Shown here in pieces: positions 1-13,999 of a stretch of DNA of 64,000 bases; the first letter of the stretch is position 1; every line of letters begins with the position of its first letter. Under the pieces are notes generated by a model. The model worked only from the letters and a program-made list of their open reading frames with translations. It was not told where the DNA came from and did no database searches. The translations under genes and the position numbers were made by a program. Source of the stretch: Octopus sinensis (Eukaryota); the NCBI RefSeq assembly GCF_006345805.1, contig NC_043012.1:45694001-45758000 (forward strand), written 5' to 3'.

Positions 1-200
1 GTCAGGACGCCATGATAGATAGCTAGTTCGTACGCGCATTTTTTTCTCTCCTTTTTTTTGTTTTCTGTGTATCTTTCTGCCGAAGAGCGTAGGCTCGAAA
101 CGTAAAAGACTTTTTCTATTCCTGAGCGCTATACTAATACATTTGTTTATTTGTACTCCACCTGCGTTCGTTTTTTGTTTATTTTCGTAAACTTTCCCTT
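1..200 (+). mobile_element. Penelope-like pseudo-LTR-type repeat (partial; second copy inverted at about 25673-25880)
   Basis: The reverse complement aligns over about 200 bp with 25673-25880. It contains a hammerhead-like motif at 72-109, typical of Penelope-like element (PLE) termini. Confidence 0.6.
72..109 (+). ncRNA. Degenerate minimal type I hammerhead ribozyme motif
   Basis: TCTTT-CTGCCGA-A-GAGC gtag GCTC-GAAA-C GTA-AAAGA: stem I (TCTTT/AAAGA), stem II (GAGC/GCTC), GAAA and a GUA site are present, but core A6 is C. Confidence 0.5.
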
Positions 201-229
201 ATATATATATATATATATATATACATTCG

Positions 230-313
<84 letters not shown>

Positions 314-322
314 AATATATAT
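200..322. repeat. (TA)n microsatellite
   Basis: Direct inspection. Confidence 0.95.
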
Positions 323-324
323 AT

Positions 325-1520
325 CTCTTTTACTTGTTTCAGCCATCCGGCTGAGGCCATGCTGGGGCACCGCCCTTGTTGCTACCCTCTCTAAGTCCAG
401 TTTGCCGTGGCTGGCCACTGATCTAAGAGAGAGTTTGTAGCTGCTGCCCTTAGGTTACCTTCGTACCTTGCAGTGGGTTCATCTGGGATCCCGGAAAGCA
501 GCTTGTCTAGATGTTTTTTGAAAATGTCCACATCCGCATCATGTAGATCTCTTAGTTTTCTTGGCAGTTTGTTGAACAGCTGAGGGCCCCTGAACCCCAG
601 GCTATTACAGTATCTGCTCCTTACCCTGGATGTGGAAGACGGGACCTTTGGCACCACACAGTGACGTCCTGTACGGGGATTGGAACAGCTCTCAATTCCA
701 AAATTTGGTGCTAGTCCCTCCAGGATTTTCCATATGTATATCACTGCATATCTCTCTCGTCTTCGTTCCAAGGAGTACAAATTGAGTTCCCTAAGCCTCT
801 CCCAATAGTTTTTTTTCTTTCATGGTGGAAATCCTCTTGGTGAAATGTCTTTGGATTGTCTCAAGCTCTGTGGTTAGTTTGACACTATGCGGTGACCACA
901 GTTGGGAGCAGTAGTCCAGGCGGCTTAGGACAACTGTCCTCCATAGTGTCAACATGGTCTCGCAGTCTCTTGTCCGGAATGTCCTCAGGATCCAGCCAGT
1001 GAGTCGTCTGCACATTGTCGCCACCTTCGCGATGTGTGAAGAAAAAGATGCATCGTCACTCATGTCTATCCCCAGGTCCCGTATTGATTTCGATACTGGG
1101 ATTTCCATCCCTCCTGGACCAGTATAGTTGTGTTGTAATGTATATGTGTTTACAGCTTGATATTGTAAGGCTTGAAATTTACCAGCATTAAATTGCATGT
1201 TGTTGTCTTCAGCCCATTTGTATATGGCATCCAGATCTTGTTGTAAAAGGTCAGCATCAGGTGGGTTTTTGATTGCCTGTGCTACCTTTGTGTCATCAGC
1301 ATAGCTAGTGAGGGATGTTGTTTGTGCTACCAAGGGCATGTCAGAGAGCGCCACCAAAAACAGCAAGGGTCCCAAGACTGTGCCCTGTGGCACCCCGCTT
1401 GCTATTGGTGTCTTTCCCGAGAGGGCTCCATTGGCTGCAACCATCTGGCTTCTGTCCTTCAGGAAGTCATGTATCCACTCACCTACTTTTCCTGTTATGC
1501 CGAGTCTGAGTAATTTGTGA
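325..1520 (-). mobile_element. 5'-truncated CR1/L2-group LINE: RT C-terminal half, ORF2 end and short 3' UTR
   Basis: ORF 791-1444 has SGVPQGTVLGPLLF, YADDTK and RDLG motifs; ORF 391-780 has YSLERRRERY...IWKIL and the stop at 391-393. The two ORFs are in different frames (broken). Flanked by (TA)n on both sides. Confidence 0.93.
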
Positions 1521-1534
1521 CATATATATATATA

Positions 1535-1631
<97 letters not shown>

Positions 1632-1835
1632 TAAGCAATAAGGGTTTAGCAACGAGTTGCCTTACCACATACCGAATTTAGAAATAGCAGTCAAAGGGTT
1701 ATAGCTATTTCTTCTACTAAAAAGGGAGATCTCAGTAAAAACAGCATTTGGAAGGCAGACACAAACAGGTAAGAGAGAATGAATTGACTGCAATCTATCA
1801 TACATTTTTTAGTTATCCACGTATATATATATATA

Positions 1836-1866
<31 letters not shown>

Positions 1867-1910
1867 TATATATATATGTATATATGTATGTATATATATA
1901 TATATATATG

Positions 1911-1954
<44 letters not shown>

Positions 1955-2103
1955 GTTGGAGCAAATATCAGAATTGAACAGCCGAAATTTGCTATGATGA
2001 TTCGGTGTCTGACTGAAGATTGAAGGCTTCGAATGATTTGTCTGTGTTCCGTGTTCGTCCCTTCCTGTATTTCACGTTCATTATATATAAAAACATTCAT
2101 TCT

Positions 2104-2135
<32 letters not shown>

Positions 2136-2152
2136 TATGTATATATATATAT

Positions 2153-2184
<32 letters not shown>

Positions 2185-2539
2185 ATATACATATATATAT
2201 ATACATATATACGTATACACATCTTCAACAGTAAATTGTTTATATGTATCTGAAACTGTACATGTGCATGGTTTGGTTAAATACCCGTTATATGTATATG
2301 TGTGCCCGTATATATGTGTGTGTTCGTTTGAGTGTGTGTGTCTGCTTGTATGTGTTTCTGTGTGTGTATGTATGTGTTTGTGCCTAACTCATATATCTTT
2401 TTTATTTTTGCTGTAATATCATATTTGCACATTCTTCTTTCACCCCAGCTACATACAGTGTTATGTATTACTGACTAAATGTAAACTGTTCATCCATATG
2501 TAAACTTTGTATTATTTAATTCGTTGCCTGAAGAATTTC

Positions 2540-2790
2540 TAACAGGAAATTCCTTATACGCCTATCTACACTAATTAGTGTGAAATTTTGCCTGCGTTTA
2601 GTGTTTAGGATTTCTTCTGTTGGCTGTATGATATTTAGGCTTCAGTGATACAGAGTTCGAATTTGGTACCCCGTCTTCTGTATTCTTATCCAAATTGGAG
2701 GCGAACGCCATTCTTCCATGTGATCAGCTTGAAAATTAAGATATAAAGATATTTTTCGATCTCGCATAACATGAAACCAATTGTAACCTT
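2540..2790 (-). mobile_element. Highly decayed Penelope-like endonuclease C-terminal remnant
   Basis: Manual translation ITWKNGVRLQFG*EYRRRGTKFELCITEA...LNTKR resembles the PLE WKI...Y..G.K.C.LC..EK...LN.R motif; contains stops. Confidence 0.4.
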
Positions 2791-4764
2791 ACTAGCTTAA
2801 TAGGCAAAATAAAGAAATTCTATCCAGCAATTGGTGCTTCACCGTTCGACACACACACACACACACATATACACACACGCGCAGACACACACACACGCAT
2901 ACATACACACGCATACATACACACACATACATATACATATATTTATTTATATGTAAGTGTGGCCGAATCTTTAGTAAATTCATTGTAGTTTGATAGTCGG
3001 GATCGATCCAATTCAGTGGAGACATCGGCTACTGTCCTTTAATATTGTCTCGTATCGACACAATTCTGATGAGCGAAATTTGCTACACTTATTAATTGTA
3101 CCTGTAAACCAAAATTGCAACGATGGTCGTGCCTTAGAATTCCATGAAGAAGTCACGTGTGTGGGAGATGATAAGTGATTTTGATGCAAAATTAATGAGA
3201 AAGCAGTTTAGTTTATCGAACAACTGTGTATTCATTATCAAAATCAACAGTAATTTATATACCTTTTACTTGTATGGAACTCCACATGTTAGTATATAAG
3301 CGTATCAAAGTGCACTACCCTCAGTAGAATATTCTAATATTATTACTTTTCGTGAACTTATAAAATGTCTGTTTTATCTTTTGCTCGTTTCTGTCCGAAT
3401 TAAACAGTAACCACTCCATTTATCATCTGCTAAATATTTGTCTGTCAGTAAGTGAAGTTGTAAATTTGTAATAAACCTAGCATATTTTCTTTGTTTTATA
3501 TTTGATATCCCTTCTTTTTGTTTGTTTGCGTAAGATAGCCGTAACAACACATATCAATCTTCATTTGATTCGGTGTGTACTATCATCTAGTCATTACTTG
3601 AAACAGATGGAATATGCCTGAACACAGGTCCATAAAAATCTCTCAACTATGTTGATCATAGAATTTATTTACGTATCCCGTCTTATAATATTACTCTGGT
3701 CGAGCAAGATGAATGAATTCTTCCTAAAAGTTTGGGATATCTATCATCTCTTGACGATGTATAAATTTATCTCTTACTTCGCCAGTTTCTGATCGACTTA
3801 AATACTAATCAGTCATCATAAAAGCAACTGATGTACATTATGCATTTTAATATGCCTTCGGTTCAACAGCAGCTGAGAAGGCGAATAGTTACGTAAAATC
3901 TTGATATCCTATGAGTTGGGATGTTGTTGAAATTATATATTTAATTTCATGAGTTATATTTCTCGTCCATTGTACACGTTTGCTTGATTTAGATATATAT
4001 ACATTTATGGATTGACTATCTATCAATGAGCAATCTCAGTGATAAACTATCTCGCTTAAATCAGTCAAGATACTACGTCTTTGGTTCATGTAATTGTATT
4101 TACAATATGTGAATTATAACTGCATTAAAGCTACTTACTTTCAATACGTAAATGTACTTGCAGGTGTATTTATAGATTTAAACCATCGTTATAGTTATTG
4201 ATCTTGCTGACAAAGCATGTTATAATATGTAGAATCGGTCTATGCAATTTGCCTAAGCGCTTGTAAACGCTTAATAAGAATATCTCTTTCAATATTTCAA
4301 GACGGTGTTGAACACATTGATAATGTGGATCTCTCTTTTTCTGTCCCTAAATATATAAAGACAAAATGTTTAAATGCATCTGTTATATAAATTGTTGTTT
4401 AAAATCAATAACCATTCTCTATAATATATATCGAATGAAGAAACTAAAACCGTGTTAGCATATCACTAATCGATTCGGGCGCTAATACTGCTCTGAAATA
4501 CGTAATAGTATTGGATTTATTTATTTCTGAAATACGTAATAGTATTGGATTCATGAGCAATGTCGCGGAGGAGAGTTGAAGAGAGTACTCAATCAGCAAT
4601 GAAAGTCCAACAACGGAGTGATAGGAGTTTGGATTTTGCATCTTTTAGTCCAGGTCAAAACCGTACTGTTAATGAAAATTAGATTTCTCACACCTCATTT
4701 CTATATGCGGTGTTTGGTAAATCTACATATCTCTTCCTCCCTTTCTCTCTTCTCTCTCTCCCTC

Positions 4765-4933
<169 letters not shown>

Positions 4934-4934
4934 G

Positions 4935-4998
4935 TTTAAATATTTGTTGTGCAAGATTTTTTATTGGCTAAACAGGCAATATGACCATTCCGAAATAT

Positions 4999-5002
<4 letters not shown>
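4935..5002. repeat. Short dispersed repeat, possible MITE fragment (related to 40298-40400)
   Basis: TTTTATTGGCTAAAC.GGCAA.ATGACCATTCCGAAATATAACA is shared with 40298-40342; the left 28 bp match the reverse complement of about 40372-40399. Confidence 0.6.
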
Positions 5003-5040
<38 letters not shown>

Positions 5041-8000
5041 ATATATATACGAATTTTCATACATTCGCACACACATATATGTATAGGTCTACTCATACGC
5101 ACACATATATGTGTGTGTGTGTGTGCGCTTGTGTGTGAGTGTTAGTGTGTGTGCGCATGTGTGTAGTGCATAACAGCATTTCAAATCTTTTTATGTTGTC
5201 CTATTACACATTAATGTCAACGATTTATTTAAATTATTCGTAGTGAACAAACGCAATGTAAACGTAGATTTGTGTACTCTCTGTCACATTACGCTTCTGT
5301 ATGTTTAGCTATAGGTTAAGAAATTTAGGTTAAGTTTTCATTTAGTTGAAGGGATCCAAACGAGTCAAAGCATACGAAGAAATATCCATTATATTAGCCT
5401 AGGAAGTTAAATTATTAATCATCAGGTAATATTTTATCGCATTTTTTACCTTTTTGTAAATTTTTCATGCTCTAAGATTTTAATATGATGCCATCTACAG
5501 AGTGCCGTGTAGCTTATTATTATGCAACAATAGATTTCCAAGCAAATCTCCTTATTCTTGTTTTGGAAAATTTCAAAATCCTTCTCAGTGTGTTTTTCAC
5601 GTTCTTTCTTCAGTGAAATGATTTTTTTCTATTCTCTATAGGATGTCACTGAAATTTGCAATCTTGTAGTCATCTACAAACGAAAAAATTCCCTTTGCGT
5701 AAGATTATGCAGGTCGTTGGGATGATATTCTCCACGAGAAGCAAGGATATGGGATTAGTTTCGGAAGGAATTAGCGTCGTCAATACTAAACTTTGTAGCG
5801 TAATTTATTATTTTGTTTTGCACATTGCAAGAAAATACACTAAATACTCCAAGGACAAGATTTCATAATATAAGCGGCAATTCTTCTTACTAACATCACT
5901 ATCACCAATGAACCTGGGAAGTATTATATATACGACAATATCTAAACTGGCCTCCGAAGGAAGCATATTTCTCTTTCATTGCTGTTTCTTTGGATAGGTT
6001 CCTATTTCCAAAGGAGAAAAGATAACGGGTATGTTTACATTATTTTTTTTTCATATTTTTGCAATTCAAATGGTGTTACTTATAAGCGAAACAATTTCAG
6101 CTTATACAAAAGTACTTAATAAATCAGATTTATCATCGGTAAAGATCAATTATTATACCAGCCCCGGTGAAATTTGAACACCCAACTTAGAACTCTCGTG
6201 TGTCCTGACGTGAATTGTAGATTATTTAAAATATTTACCGATTTACATTGAGCAAAGATGATAAAAGTGGCGCACCCGAGCAAATTGAAACAACTAAATA
6301 ATATAAATGATGAAAGTAGAGGAGGGCCTTAGCATAGTTTTCATTCTTATTAAGTGAAAGTCCAAATTGGAAAAGCGTAATGTACTAATATTTCATTTGA
6401 AGATACTATAATTTTCTTCCTTCTATTTGTGGAATTAGTTTGTATTGTCCAGAAACAATGTTTTTATAAATAGTTGAACATAATCATGACCGTCGAAGAG
6501 ACGCTATGAAGATATACGTGTTATCGAATGTATCTTACTCCAAACGAAATGAAATATATTTTCGCAAGCGCTAATGGTGATAATAATAACTGTAAAGCAG
6601 ATGTCATAACAACTCTTAGACGTTGTTATGACACCTGCTTTAGGTATGTTAACATTTTTTTATCAGTGGAATATATTTAGAATTTATTAGTGCACCGATT
6701 GTGACAATGAAAATTATGAGAATAATTTTAGATATGTATTTTCCAAGGAAATCTTAGAAGTAACGTTCCATTGTATAATAAAATCCAGCTTTTTCCATTT
6801 TGAATTTTTCCATGAATAAATGTAAAATTGAACGAAATTGTAATGGAAATATTTTTATATGCTTGCATTATTGCAATACTTGCGAGACATTATGAAGGAA
6901 AATTGCATAACAAAATCAAAGAGACAGAACAATATTTTCGCGTGTTGGAATTACTACAGTATTTTGAAAATATCATATATAAATATCCCATGCTAAATGT
7001 AATATATAAAAATGCTTGACTTAGATGAGGGTACCAGAATTTTATTCAATAGTACAAGAATGAATAGAAAAAATATTTCTATACGATCTGTGACGACAGA
7101 CTACAGCAAGAATTTACCTTATTAGAGAAGTATCAGACTTCACCAGTGAAAGTAAAATGCATAATTCCCTGTAAAGCAACGTAATCCAAATGATCAATAG
7201 ATAGGAAATCTTTCTGTGTTCGTTCGACATGTTAAAAATAACAACCAAATCGTCTTCAATTTATACTATACTGACTTATAACACATTGGATATTATCTAC
7301 AATGTCTGAAATTGCGATGAGCTAGTTCAATAATAAATTAACTCAATCAGTGTGGACTTCAATGTGAACAGCAACACCCTTCTAGGAAAAATATTTAATA
7401 TTCCATTTTATTACAGAATACCACCATAACACCATTCATTTGAAATTAAGACCTTATTAAGGAAAGCAACGTCACTCATATAAATGCCATTTTAAAGCCG
7501 TCTTTGTAATATAAATCATCATCTGGTCAAACATGTTATTTTTGGCGTGACTTGAGTCCCACGTCATGATTCCACATAGCGTTAGGTAGATCAGCCGGCC
7601 ATGCAAAGTTTTCATTCTCATGCAAAGTTGAAGAATGACAAAGGTATAAGTTCTGCTAGTAAAGAACTATTAGCATCAGACGAATTTCCAAGTGTAATGC
7701 GCTCAACATTATTCTTTACTTGATAAAAGACTGCAGCACTTTCAAGAAAGTGAAATACGTGATGCTCTGCAAATTAAATAGCAACAACATCTCACCTGCC
7801 TCCAGCTTCCACAGATTCTTTAATCATATTACATACCTGAGCATTATCAATCTTTCCACACTGAGATTTCCATTCAGTGTGATTTGGTAGCAAATTTTAT
7901 CTGCTTTTAAACGTTTTTTTCTTCCTTCATGAAATATAACAATCAAACTCTCTGATCTAAAGAGATAGCAAAAATCAAATCAGGAAAAGCATTACGGTCG

Positions 8001-8562
8001 ATGGTTTATTATTAATATAACCAGGGATATATTGGTTAAGTGGAACTTTGGATAGATCTGTCAAGAATAAAATTGGCCTGCATGATTCTAAATACTCATC
8101 TCTCGACAAGCGCTACACTACTTTTGAAGACCCTAGTCAAAACCTCTCGAACAAGAAGGTATCAATAAATAAAGGATATTATAACATAAGACAAATGGAA
8201 TACTAGGTGGGAAAAACAGAAATATGGAATGAATCAACGTAAATAACGAACAAAATACACCAAGTTATTACTGAAAAAGGCGATATTAAAATCATCAGAT
8301 TTATCGTCAAACTTGTCTCGATAACAGACACACAGGCACACACACACACGCGCGCAAATACACACACACAGACACACACAGACACACACACAGACACACA
8401 CACACGCACACACACACACACACACATACACACGCACACGCAAAAACATACGCACATATGTATATATAAATATATATATATAACCTTTTAAAGCGAACTC
8501 TGCCTTAAAATGTTTTAGTCGAATAAATCAAGCCCAGAGTTTATTCATTGCAAACCTAGTAC

Positions 8563-8712
8563 AAGGCAGCGAGCGGGCAGAGACGTTAGCACGCCGGTCG
8601 AAATGCTTAGCTGTATTTCGTCTACCGTTACGTTCTGATTTCAAATTCCACCGAGGTCGACTTTGCCTTTCATCCTTTCGGGGTCGATTCATTAAGTACC
8701 AGTTGCGTACAT
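8563..8712 (+). mobile_element. tRNA-derived SINE, family A (octopus-type), 3'-truncated
   Basis: AAGGCAGCGAGC..GCAGA.ACGTTAGCACGCCGG head, B-box-like TTCAAATTCC and body CCGAGGTCGACTTTGCCTTTCATCCTTTCGGGGTCGAT; matches copies at 44717 and 46011. Confidence 0.85.
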
Positions 8713-8749
8713 ATCTGAATTCCCCAATCGAGTAGAAAGGATTATAATC

Positions 8750-8936
8750 CTAGTACTTATACTATCGGTTTTCTCCGCTGACCGTTAAGTTACAGAGACG
8801 TAATCACACCAACATCGGTTATCAAGTGATAGTGGCGGGGCAGACACAAACACAATGATACAAACACGCACACACACACACACACACATACACACACATA
8901 TACACACACACGCGCACACACGCACGCACACACACA

Positions 8937-8986
<50 letters not shown>

Positions 8987-9135
8987 CGACGGACATCATT
9001 CAGCTTCCGTCTGCCAAATCCACTCACATGGCTGTGGTTGGCCCGAGGCTATACGAGCAGACACTTGCCGAATGTTTCACGCAGTGGGACTGGATCCCAA
9101 TTGGGAAGCTAGCTTCTTATCAAACAGCCATGCAT
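8750..9135 (-). mobile_element. tRNA-derived SINE, family B (CORE-like, probably octopus OR type), with internal (CA)n
   Basis: Reverse complement matches the copy at 56445-56990 (GGAAACTGAA..., AAATCCACTCAC, GGCCCGAGGCTATA). Confidence 0.8.
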
Positions 9136-9359
9136 GTATGTCATTTTTCAGGTTAATTTCACGATTTCTTGCCAATAGGGAAAGGGTTGGTTTGTAACCC
9201 AGATTAAAGACACCTTCATTGGAATTTCAACATCAACAACCGGGTATTTTCGTTTGTTTGTATGTATGTACATGTGCAGATTTGTGTCTTTCACTCTATG
9301 TATGTATTCTCATGCATATAGTTACACATCTATACTTGGTCATATATACTGAAATGACA

Positions 9360-10120
9360 AAATTCTGGAAAGTTTTACAGATTTTTAGCGTCCCAGTGAT
9401 GGATTGGATCTATAGACTTCAAATTAGCTGTTCCCTTCTGGTTTTGAGAAGCTTAATTTCTCAACATTGGTATTTAGGCAGTGTGTTACATATCTCAGTT
9501 CACCGATAATTACAGGTATAAACCTGCGCTTGTAATTTGGATAGAGTAACTGCAAATTTCTCAATAGTTCAGCGTAAGTGTTCGGTTTTTCACTGATTTT
9601 CAGGCTTACGTTAACATACGCTGGGCAGCTAATTTCCACAACTGTGCACAGATTTTCTTCTCTGTCTTAAATCATTGTATCAAGTCTCTTGTGCTTACAT
9701 TTTGTTGAGGTCCTCACTAGGACCTTTTATATTACTCCTTTTTTATTATGAGTGGCTGTGGCTTCTACCATACTGTAGGTTCTTATTTCTTTGTCCTCGG
9801 GTTTATCCTTCTGATGAATTTCCTTATAAATTATCCTAGCTAAAATATCGTGACTCATCGGTAGATAATACCTTGATGACATTTTCGGACAACTGCTTAT
9901 GATGTGGGTGATATCTTCAGTATCATGTCCAGAAAGTCTGCATTTGCTGTCACATTTTACTGCTATTCCTGCATCTCAATCTGTTTTATGCATCAGGTAC
10001 TTGGTTGATATTTCCTGTTCCTGGACTGTGTGCCACTATCTACCGATTTTGAGAATTCACTGCCAAGAAATAGTTCAGTCTGTTTTACTATGTTCCAGAA
10101 TCATGAAGCGTTGCTGAAAC
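9360..10120 (-). mobile_element. R4/Dong/NeSL-type LINE remnant: CCHC knuckle plus restriction-like endonuclease
   Basis: Manual translation KCRLSGHDTEDITHIISSCPKMSSRYYLPMSHD (about 9850-9950), and ORF 9424-9639 VEISCP..VNVS.K..EK...Y..L...LQLLYP.YK...IPVIIG. Confidence 0.85.
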
Positions 10121-10965
10121 CACTCTTATGAATATAGAACGTATAAAACTGAATAACCGATTAACGCGTCGCTTATGCTTATGATCATGATTTTCAGCAA
10201 CAACATAGGCATCACTGCCAATACGAACAGAAATATTAATAGCAATAAAGAAAAAAAGATTCGAAATAATGATAACAAAAGAAAAGGAAAAAAAATCAAA
10301 AAGCCATGTTAAAAATAGTGATGTAGTATAACATTATGCTGTTTTTGCTATCTTACTATGATAATACGTTTTATTACATCTTAATATTCAGGGCGATTGA
10401 TCGAAATTGGCTTAGGAGAAACATGAGAAATCTAAATCGGAGTATTGCATTTATAATAACGCTCTAATCAGTATTAGCTTGCTTAGCTTGTTAAGGTCGC
10501 GTGCTTCGGAAATTTCTGGAAATCCGATAAGTGGAATTAGTCTAATGACTGTCTCTCTAATTGTAATGAAGTAGAATTGATGTAAATCATGTTAGCGTCA
10601 TTACAAACGATTCCTATGTATTTCATTACTCTTTCCTATGTTTATTCAATATTGCAGACATTTCACTTCCTATTTCCTTTCTTTTTTCATAGTTTTCTAT
10701 TTATTGTATTTTTCTGATAAAGATATTGCATTTTCGTGATTTAGTGCGATTCCAATTTTTATTGAAGGAAAGCCTTAGAATGAAGCCAGGCCAGCAAATT
10801 GCAGTCGGTTATTTTATCGATCCCAGAAAGATAAATAGCTCTGTCAAATTTAGTGATACTAGAAAAGGTATTAACTCTACAGAATGAACTAGATTGATAT
10901 TCGCATATAGTTCAGTTTATATTATTAATTAAACGTCTCTGTGGATCAGGTGTAGCGTATACATA

Positions 10966-10966
<1 letters not shown>

Positions 10967-11060
<94 letters not shown>

Positions 11061-11100
11061 TTATCTATCTGTCTATCTATCTATCTATCTATATCTATAT
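10967..11100. repeat. (TATC)n microsatellite
   Basis: Direct inspection. Confidence 0.95.
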
Positions 11101-11899
11101 ATATATAGATAGATACATATGTGTATATATATATATGCACACAAACGCACACACATGCATACACAAACATACATATACACACACATAGACAAACTGATTT
11201 ATAATTTTCGGATTGCATTGGTGTTTTAAATATTTGAATATTAATAATACTGGACACCCGTCTGCTTTTTTTCTTTTAGCTACGATATGCTTTTACGTGT
11301 CTATGGAGTGCATATCATTCGAATTTCTGTTTATTTACTCTTAAATATACATAAGTTACTTGAAACCTCTTGTAGCTAGATTCCTATCTTTTTGATGTTT
11401 ACACAAGAACCAAGTTACGCATACACTTTCTCATTAATATTCTTACACGGATATATTATACTATGAGTTCTTCTATATCTGAGTGTACCAAAAGTACACT
11501 CAGCGATAAGATTCGATTTCAGATTTGAGAATATAAATTTTAAGGGTTAAAATCTGATGTGTTATTTTAAAGAATCATTTTAATGTTTTGTTTTCTTTTA
11601 AATAACTATTAGTTCTCTTAAATATTTTGGGAATTCTCCGAATTCTTACACACAAAGAGGAACAGTCATATGTATATGATTATATGTATGGTTTTATAGT
11701 AGTTAAGCGAAGAAAGGATTGTCATGATATACTTTTGCATCTAAGGCATGTCTCTTAAAGTTAAACATTTCAAGTATCCTCTGAAAGGTAAGCTTGGAAA
11801 CGCAGTCCGAAAAGCAGTATAAGATTTGTTCATATGGTTCGGGAATATTTCTGCCGCAGAACTTATGTCATTCTGTGCTCGCTCTCACCTTTGGAATAT

Positions 11900-12480
11900 C
11901 AGTGACACACGTACAATTGCTGTGAACAAACTGCTAAAATTTGGGTAAATATGGAAAACTACAAGTGACATTCTTGTGAAATGAAGAACATCTTGCCATA
12001 AAGACTGTATATTTTTATTTCCAAAGAAATGACTCAGAGGAGATTATAGAGCGTGGTTTTAACCTTGTTGGATGAACATCTCTGCTAAAGGTGGAGAGGT
12101 TCAACGCTACATGGACTGGGCAAATTTTCTCACTTCGATTCCAAACTCCGATGAACCTGTCACTTTGTCAGTGTATATTTTCTAATCCATTATTGTACAC
12201 AAGGTACTAAAGACAAATTCTATGGCCAACTCTCAAGGAAGATTCAGCAGATTACAATCGAGAAAAAGTTACTGTTGATGGTCGTTTCCGCTCAAACTGG
12301 AACTAATAAAGGATTAAAAAGAGAAGAGGATAAGGTTAAAAACAATCGAGAAAGAGCACTGTGCCAAGACTACAAGACAGGCCCTACAGCGAAGTACGCA
12401 TAAGTAGGCCTCTCTATAAATGACATTCACGCTGTTCTGCTGAGACCGAAGTAAGTTTTTTCAGGCGCAGATTTCTTGTC
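11900..12480 (+). mobile_element. Decayed RTE-type apurinic endonuclease remnant
   Basis: Frameshifted motifs SLRFQT..PVTL.SVY, TKDKFYGQLSRKIQQIT..KLLLM and a decayed GDFNAQTG equivalent. Confidence 0.5.
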
Positions 12481-12505
12481 TCATAGGACTAGGGAAGCCT
12501 TCTCA

Positions 12506-13278
<773 letters not shown>

Positions 13279-13999
13279 CGAATAACGATACATGTTGCCA
13301 TAAAAAAAGAAATTGGAATTTAAAAATACTTTATTGCAATAATTTTCTGTGAATGTCATTTTCTGAAAACAATGGCTTTTGCTGTGTCTTCAAGCAAATT
13401 ATAGATGAAAGGCGTATATTAGACGAAATTGAAAGATTTTGAAAATTTGTTTCAGCCAACACAATGAGTACAATAACCGAAATGTAACTTTAATATATTG
13501 ATATTCGATATTTTGCTTTCTATGGCCTTTATTTTCAATAAACTTAGATATACACAGAAAGACATATTCATATGAGAGACTTATGCTCCAAACTATTATG
13601 CATTTGTATCCTCTAGTAAGAGAAGAATCAAATGTATGATAGACTGGCGCTATTAATTCATTTAAAGTTCATATACACTTTTTCGCTGCTGTCTTATATC
13701 CTTCATCATCAAAATGTCTGCGGGTGCTGCACGTAGAAAATCAATTGGAAGTATTGAAATAATTGAGCGAAAATGTAAAATCATTAATTTTTTATATTAG
13801 TATTATGTTGTCATGGTCTGAAGGTTGTGGGCTGTTGTGGTGATGAATGAAAATATGTTTCTTGGGCTACATATAGAAGTAACTGAACCATACCCGCGAA
13901 CATTTAACATAAAATTTTATTATCGCTCATAAAGACAAACCGCGTTGGCATTTTGAAAGTAAGAACAATAACAGCAATAATTTCCTGCTTTAATGCAGT

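Noticed and set aside
2012-2560. CTGAAGA motifs near 2013 and 2528 next to PLE-like remnants
   Set aside because: The downstream GAAA/stem III/stem I geometry cannot be completed; at best very decayed.
3066-3078. CTGATGAGCGAAA, a perfect-looking hammerhead core
   Set aside because: No room for stem II, and no convincing stem I or cleavage triplet; compatible with chance.
7400-7960. Coding-like stretch on the minus strand (SQCGKIDNAQ..., WPADLPNAMWNHD)
   Set aside because: Multiple stops and no family I can name; probably an old transposase remnant. It needs a tBLASTx/HMM search.
8563-8640. SINE heads as tRNA genes
   Set aside because: A/B boxes are present but there is no cloverleaf and they continue into SINE bodies; the same applies to all SINE-A and SINE-B copies.
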